This document shows positions 57,758 to 64,000 of a stretch of 64,000 nucleotides of DNA, piece after piece. The position numbers and the translations under genes were made by a program. The stretch is taken from assembly GCA_964035545.1 (NCBI GenBank), contig OZ037765.1, positions 30,689,504 through 30,753,503 of the forward strand. Reading direction: 5' to 3'. The notes beneath the pieces are model-generated. The model saw only the letters and a list, made by a program, of their open reading frames with translations, was not told where the DNA came from and did no database searches. How positions within the stretch are numbered: position 1 is the stretch's first letter; every line of letters starts with the position of its first letter. This DNA is from Bugula neritina (lineage: Eukaryota > Animalia > Bryozoa).

Positions 57758-60700
57758 ATGGAGGAACGTACGCCACTGTTGTCTTCTGACAGACTACCTA
57801 TTAATAACTCACTTGCATCAGAGAGTTCCACCGAATCATCTACAGAAGTGATAATCCGATCACCGGATGGTAAATTACTGCTATAGCATCTCTATATTGT
57901 TATTATAGCATCTCTATATTGTCACTATACTATGTCTATATTGTCACTAGCCACTCTTGCTGTAAGCCACCACACCACCGAACTATACTGCATCATAAGA
58001 TTATATTAAATACTAGCTGCATTTAGTTGTTATTCCGAAGATGATTTTCTCTGATTACCAGTCCTTTAAACATAAAATAATTACACGTTGGCTGTTAACT
58101 TATTATTTCCATGTTTTCTAGGAGATAGTCAAGGCACAACTACTTGGTACGCGTCTGTGTTTATTGTAATCAATGCTGCCTTGGGTGCTGGCTTACTCGA
58201 GTTTCCATACGCTTTCAGCAAAAGTGGTGGAATAGCGGCAGCACTCATAGTGCAGGGGGTTAGTAGATAATGTGCTACTTCTCAACTAGTTTAGGTGGTG
58301 TTATACAGGGCACTAATATAGGATTTAATAGCCAACCATTGCAATTATCTAATAAAACTAATGTTTTTCCTGGGCATATAATATGTTTTGTATCATGCAT
58401 TCAATTTAGTTACATTTGTTCTTTTTTTCTTGCTTATTATTCCCGCGGAAACTGTCGACAAATGCTACAATACAATTGATTGGAGTTAAGTTATCTCTTT
58501 TAGATTTTAATAGCGTTTATAGTTGGCTCGCTGTTTCTGCTAGCCTACTGCTCAAGGTTGAAAGACTCCAATACATTCCCCAGTACTATAAAGAATATAT
58601 GCGGGAAACGTGTGGAGGTGGCCAGTGCTCTGTGCATTATACTGTATACATTCGGATCTTGTATAACATATCTGATAGTCATCAACGATCAACTAAGCCA
58701 GTGTAAGTTATAGTCATATGGTGTGTTAGTCCGTGTCCTCAAGTCATTGGTTGATAGTGGTTAGTATATCCTCAACTTACTTCTGTAGTGTTGATTAGAT
58801 CTGTCATTAACCTGGTTATCAAGGCTGATAAACTATGTTCCTAGAATTATTGTGTAGTTGTATTTAATTGTCAATATCAGCATATAATAACTTTCAATAC
58901 CTCGATTGTATTACTAGTGCAATCAGTGTAGAAAAGTATTCAGAGAAGCTGGTGCTTCAAGTTTATTGGCAGTTTATTGTTTTATAGTGTTAGTGAGAAC
59001 AGGCTGTTGTGTGTGGAGTTATGTGGTCCTGTGTGCTTGGATATTAAATCTAACAAAAATCTATTTCTGTTTTTGCATACTTTTCAATATTTTGAAAAAT
59101 GAAGTTAGGGGATAAATAATTGATTAAAATATTAACTTTTTAACTTGCAAATGCTTTTAAAAAGTTGCAATAATAATGAATCTAAAAATGAACACTAAAA
59201 ACAATACAAGCCTACAAATATTATATTTTTTTTCTTGTAGTTTTTCTTTTTGTCACTAAGGATTCAGAATTCTGTACCCGCTGGTACCTGAGTAAAACTT
59301 TCACTCTCAGTCTCTCCTCAGTTCTCCTTATATTGCCTCTTTGCTACTCCAAGAAGATAGATTTCCTAAAGTATGCCAGGTAGGCCAGGAGAATATAACT
59401 CTTAGAAGTTTTGTTGAAGGCTTCAAAGCAATAAGCATATCAGGTGTTGAAGTGTGAAAACACTTGGCAAATTTGAAAGAAAAAGTTGAACAAAAGTTTT
59501 TCTACACAAATTTGGCATGGGTGAGTTTGGCGGATTGATTTCAGAGCTGTATTTCTGTTAGACAAGATAGCTGGGCTTCTTATTGTATTATATCCAAATA
59601 ACTTTTAAAACTATTAGAAAATTTTTCAAAAAGTGTCAACAAAAACTAACATTTGCTTTGCTATTGAATTGAATTTGCAAATTTTATTTATCAAGCAAAA
59701 TAGTGTTTCTAGTGTGTCCACTTTTCATATAATATTTACCCACATTTGTTGCGCATTTACATTATATGTTGTTGTGTGCGATGTTTAAATAGAGAACAAT
59801 AAACTGTAGATAGGCTGCCCTTTTCTCTACATATAGTATATTTGATTTTTGTTACGATGAAATCATCCAACTTTGAAACGATCATGTTGTAATGCAACTG
59901 TTGCAATTTCAATTTCTATGACAATTTCCTACTTTACACTAGTGTATGTACGCTCTATGTTTCTGTTGAACTCAGTTTTGCCGGTGTGCTTGCTGTCCTC
60001 TATGTGATCATACTAGTCATCGCTCGATATATCAATCCAGTCAACGATAAAGCCGATATTCATATTACTACCAGGTTAGTTGCTAGGTGTTGTGAAATAG
60101 ATTTATTTGTGGTATATTGTGAGGGGTTTATATTTTCAAGAATTTTCAGCATTATAAATCTCAGTCTATTTGTATAACTATTCTTTAATTAAGATTATGT
60201 TCTGCTGTTAATATAATATTAATATCTATTTTAGTCCCTCCTCATTTCTTGACGTGTTTACAGTTATTCCCACCGTCTGCTTCAGCTACCAGGTGAGTCA
60301 TATTTTCTTTTTTCATTCATATTTAGGTTATTGATTTATTTTTTACTGCAATGTGTTCTTAACTAGGATTTTCTTATGTAAAAAAGGTAAAAGTCGGTAA
60401 ATATATGAGTAGACCCACTTTTTAATGTTTGTCAAAATGTTTGTGTGTTATAGTTTATGTTTTCAAAATATTTCGGTATTTCAATGTTGGCTGTTGTGTA
60501 AAATTAAAGCCATTGTTGGCTTATGTTTTAAGACTAACTATAATATTTCAATTTTTTTATAGACAAAATATTTATACATATTATGTTAATACAAAAATGA
60601 TTATCGTCATCCTTGTTGATTGGAGTCATCTTCTTTTATTCTAGTGCCACGTAAGTATTATTCCCATCTACTCCTGCATGAAAGGAAGGAATACGAAGAA

Positions 60701-62086
60701 CTTTGCCAAGACTGTCTTAGTGGCCATCAGTATCTGTCTGTTTGCATACTCCGTCTCCGCCACTCTCGGTTATTACACCTTCGGAGATGCCGTCAAACAG
60801 GATATACTCCTTTCTTACCAACCTCCTCCCGTAGATGTAGTTGTTGGAGTTTTGATGGTAGCTGCTAAAACCTACACTACTTACCCAATTTTGCTGTTCT
60901 GTGGAAGGTAACTGGGTAACCTTTTAGTCTGCGATACTTGTGTATGGTATTTGGTTATTTCTAGAGTATGCGTTCACATGACGCTGTAACAAGTAGTAAA
61001 TGGCCTATATATCACCGGCGTTACATTTTACTTGTCTATGTATGTAAACACATTTATTGGCCAACTAGATGGAACGAATATTTTTACATCTTTTTATATT
61101 TTTTGCTTCTCTTCACTCAAGTGCTTTTTGCTTGGTTCCATTGTTTGTAGCCTGTTATATTTGTATATATATATTTTTTTTCTTTTTATCTTCACCATAT
61201 TGTTCAAGAATATATCCTAAATGTATTTAATTATCATTTGCAGAGTGGAAGTAGAAAAGTTATGGAAATATGCATGGAATTTGAGTGAAGAAACGGCGGC
61301 AGAACGTGAGTTTGTGAGGCGATGTGTGATTGCCACGGTGTGGTTTATTGCCACCTTACTGATAGCTCTGTACGTGCCAGCTATAGCCATAGTGATTGAC
61401 GTACTCGGTGCTTTGGCCGCTCTCTTCATTTTCTTCTTTCCAGGTAAGCTATTATTGCGACTTTAGGTGATATAATATTGTCTTTTTCAGCGAAATGAAG
61501 CATATAAAGCTTTCTGTTATAAATACCGTGCTATTCGCTGATTTTCTGTTGATGCACAATGAAAACACGATTTAAAACAAGTTTTTGCAATACTCCTAAA
61601 GGTACTGTAACCAACATTAGAGGTTATTTTGCAGTGAAGGGCAGTTGTAAAGCTTTCTAGCCAACCATCATTTGCATATAAAAGATCGCAATGCAATAAA
61701 TTTAGGTCAAGACTATTCCAAAGAGCGAATTCGTTTGCCAGCCATTTTGACCAGTTTCATGATTCAAACTTTTCTAAAAATTCACATTGCTTAACAAATT
61801 TTACAAGTGTTTTATTTGTTGTATTATTGTGGCTAGAACTTCTGTTTTCATTTAGCTTTAGTCATTTTTGTTTTCTGTGCCCCATTTTATAGGAATGTGT
61901 TTGATGAAGATAGCAATGGACTACATTCCAGCTGTTCACACTTTCAGAAGAAGGTTTCTGGCTGTAGCAGCCACACTCTTCATGATTATTGGCTCATTCT
62001 TATTCGGATTGGTCATCGTTCAGTCTATCATGGACGATGCTGCTCCAGCCGCTACACCCATCTCCAATGTTACAATATGTACTTAG
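57758..62086 (+). CDS. SLC38A7: SLC38A7/8-like (SNAT7-like) lysosomal amino-acid transporter; exons 57758-57869, 58122-58258, 58504-58702, 59241-59379, 59976-60074, 60235-60292, 60645-60907, 61244-61443, 61893-62086; 466 aa
   Basis: N-terminal EERTPLL dileucine motif; FIVINAALGAGLLEFPYAF; LPLCYSKKIDFLKYAS; PTVCFSYQCHVS; TTYPILLFCGR; FIFFFPGMCL. Spliced frame is 1401 nt. Confidence 0.9.
57881..57950. repeat. ~21-bp tandem repeat x3 (CTATAGCATCTCTATATTGT)
   Basis: Direct copies at the start of SLC38 intron 1. Confidence 0.7.
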
Positions 62087-62564
62087 TTTGAACAATCATC
62101 TTCTAAATTCTATAATTTTTGATACCTTTCCATTTTTGGTGCTCAAATTTTTGTATCATTTTTAATGAGCAAATTTGTAATTTTTAAATTTTATTTGCTT
62201 TTATACAAATAACAGATATACTTTTATGCTAAATCCTTTTCAATAACAATTTTAATTTCTGATTTATATAATAATTTATTCTACAAGTTTCAACTTGAAA
62301 CTTAGAATTAAAGAATTATAAACTACTGTGTAAAATGCTCAACTATATTATTTACAATGTTAGCACTTGACAGCATAAAAATATATTATATATATTAAAT
62401 TTTATAAAAATTATAAATTGTGGAAATAAATAGGCCTTCTCTGAGCATAATTAAATGTTTTGGAACTAAAAGGTGTCTGTAAACAGTATTTCATTTATTG
62501 CCCACTTCCAACCTAATCTAGCCCATTTGACTGTGAATTATAACCTTGCTAGTACCCAGAGACA

Positions 62565-63814
62565 TCATTTTTTTAGACTCAAACCCAGTATTAGTGCAAT
62601 GACTCCCCCGACTACCACCAGTATTATAGCCAGGATACACAGCTTCTTTCTGTAGGATTTCTACAAATGCAGATTTATAACAAGATAACACAATTCAGAA
62701 TGCTGATAACTCGTAGCATAGGAAACTTGAAATTAGTACAGTGCTCCCTCCGTATCTCACAGAGCTACAGGTCCTGAAACCTCAATTTGTGACAGTAGAA
62801 TACCAGATTTAGCTTATGGATCCGTTAAACTCGCCCATTGTTTCCCTATACACACATACATAAGCCACAAAACGGTGGGGGGGTGGGTGGGGTTCAAGCC
62901 CTTTACGTAACCTATGGAATTTCTGTATCCATGAGATATAGAGGGAGCACCATGAAGGATGAAGATATTTATTTTACTGGCATCTTCTAACACAATGAAT
63001 TACAAATTCAAATTAGTTTACATATGAATTTTCTACACTGAAAGCTACACAATATTGACCACAAAATTAAGAATGAGCAACTTTCTTCAAATGTTTCAAC
63101 GTCCATTGATATCAAGAAATTAAATGAAATAATTTAAAGTTGGGCAGCTGTGCTACAATTCCCTAACTGTATCATTATACAGGGGATAACTGAAATTGAC
63201 AGAAACAGACTTTAATTATGCATCAGTCACATTTAAATTAGAATAGATGGTCGTCATTACCAAACTAAGATGTTGCAACAATGAGCCCGGTGTGTTATGA
63301 AGTGTCTATAAAGATTTATTAAGCTCAGCACATCCTAATTTAGTAGTCAGTCAGTCTACATGATAAGAAGAATATTGGACTCAATTTAATTCTGTCTATC
63401 CCACCCAATACTATACCTGGTATGTTGCTGCCTTCTCTAGCTGAACGTTGCCTTTCGACACATTATCAGCGGCCTGCACTATATTTGCTTCTATATCATC
63501 TTAAAATAGAAATATCTTCCATTGCAACACGTATAGTCTATCAAGCTGCAATAATATTTCTCAGCACATTTATCTTAGTTCATACAATGTTACTATAAAT
63601 ACTCGATGTTTTTTTATGAAACAATTCTATAGGCTCTGCAAGTTATTTTCATCAATTCCCGGTGAAAAACTGTTTGCAGGAAAATTTTGCAACACCGAAA
63701 CACAAAAAGCTGACATAAGAAGCAAGTCAACTCTTACGTACCTATTTGTTCTCCCTGTTCCACTACCATCGTCCCCAACTCTCTAAATATGTCATTTACA
63801 TTCAGCACATCTGC
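62565..63814 (-). CDS. Syntaxin-7/12-like t-SNARE, 3' part (exons 63814-63742, 63499-63417, 62660-62565); 5' exons beyond window
   Basis: ADVLNVNDIFRELGTMVVEQGEQIDDIEANIVQAADNVSKGNVQLEKAATYQ (Qa-SNARE motif) followed by KSYRKKLCILAIILVVVGGVIALILGLSLKK* (C-terminal TM). Phases match. Confidence 0.9.
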
Positions 63815-64000
63815 CTGACGGTATAATAAATAAACTCAATTATCATGGAGTGATAAAATTATTATAGTTTAACACAAGTTTATATCCTATAATCTAGTAA
63901 AAACGCAGGGATAAAATTGCTTCAGCCTCAAGACCAATGTGATTCCAATTCATTGAAATTACTTGATTTTCAATTCGAGAAATTATATAGTTTAATAAGC

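Overview
AT-rich eukaryotic (invertebrate-animal-like) genomic DNA with GT-AG introns. I assembled the exons by hand from the sequence. (1) 0.7-24.6 kb holds a head-to-tail tandem array (~5 kb period, minus strand) of five Golgi type-II carbohydrate sulfotransferase genes (Sulfotransfer_2 / CHST8-14-like). Four are complete 4-exon copies of about 328-362 aa and one runs off the left edge. They share altered motifs and have variable stems and mosaic paralog blocks. (2) 31.5-34.1 kb (-) is a secreted two-Ig protein resembling ImpL2/ZIG. (3) 44.9/47.7-53.9 kb (+) is a stand-alone Trio/Kalirin/ARHGEF25-type DH-PH RhoGEF with two candidate N-termini and a tandemly amplified splice donor. (4) 57.8-62.1 kb (+) is an SLC38A7/8-like lysosomal amino-acid transporter. 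(5) 62.6-63.8 kb (-) is the 3' end of a syntaxin-7/12-like gene. Also present: solo LTRs, several MITEs (including 33-40 bp hAT-like mini-elements), tRNA-like SINEs, micro- and minisatellites, a zinc-finger-bearing insertion and decayed gene fragments, one of them caspase-like. No database searches were run, so all family calls rest on motif recognition.
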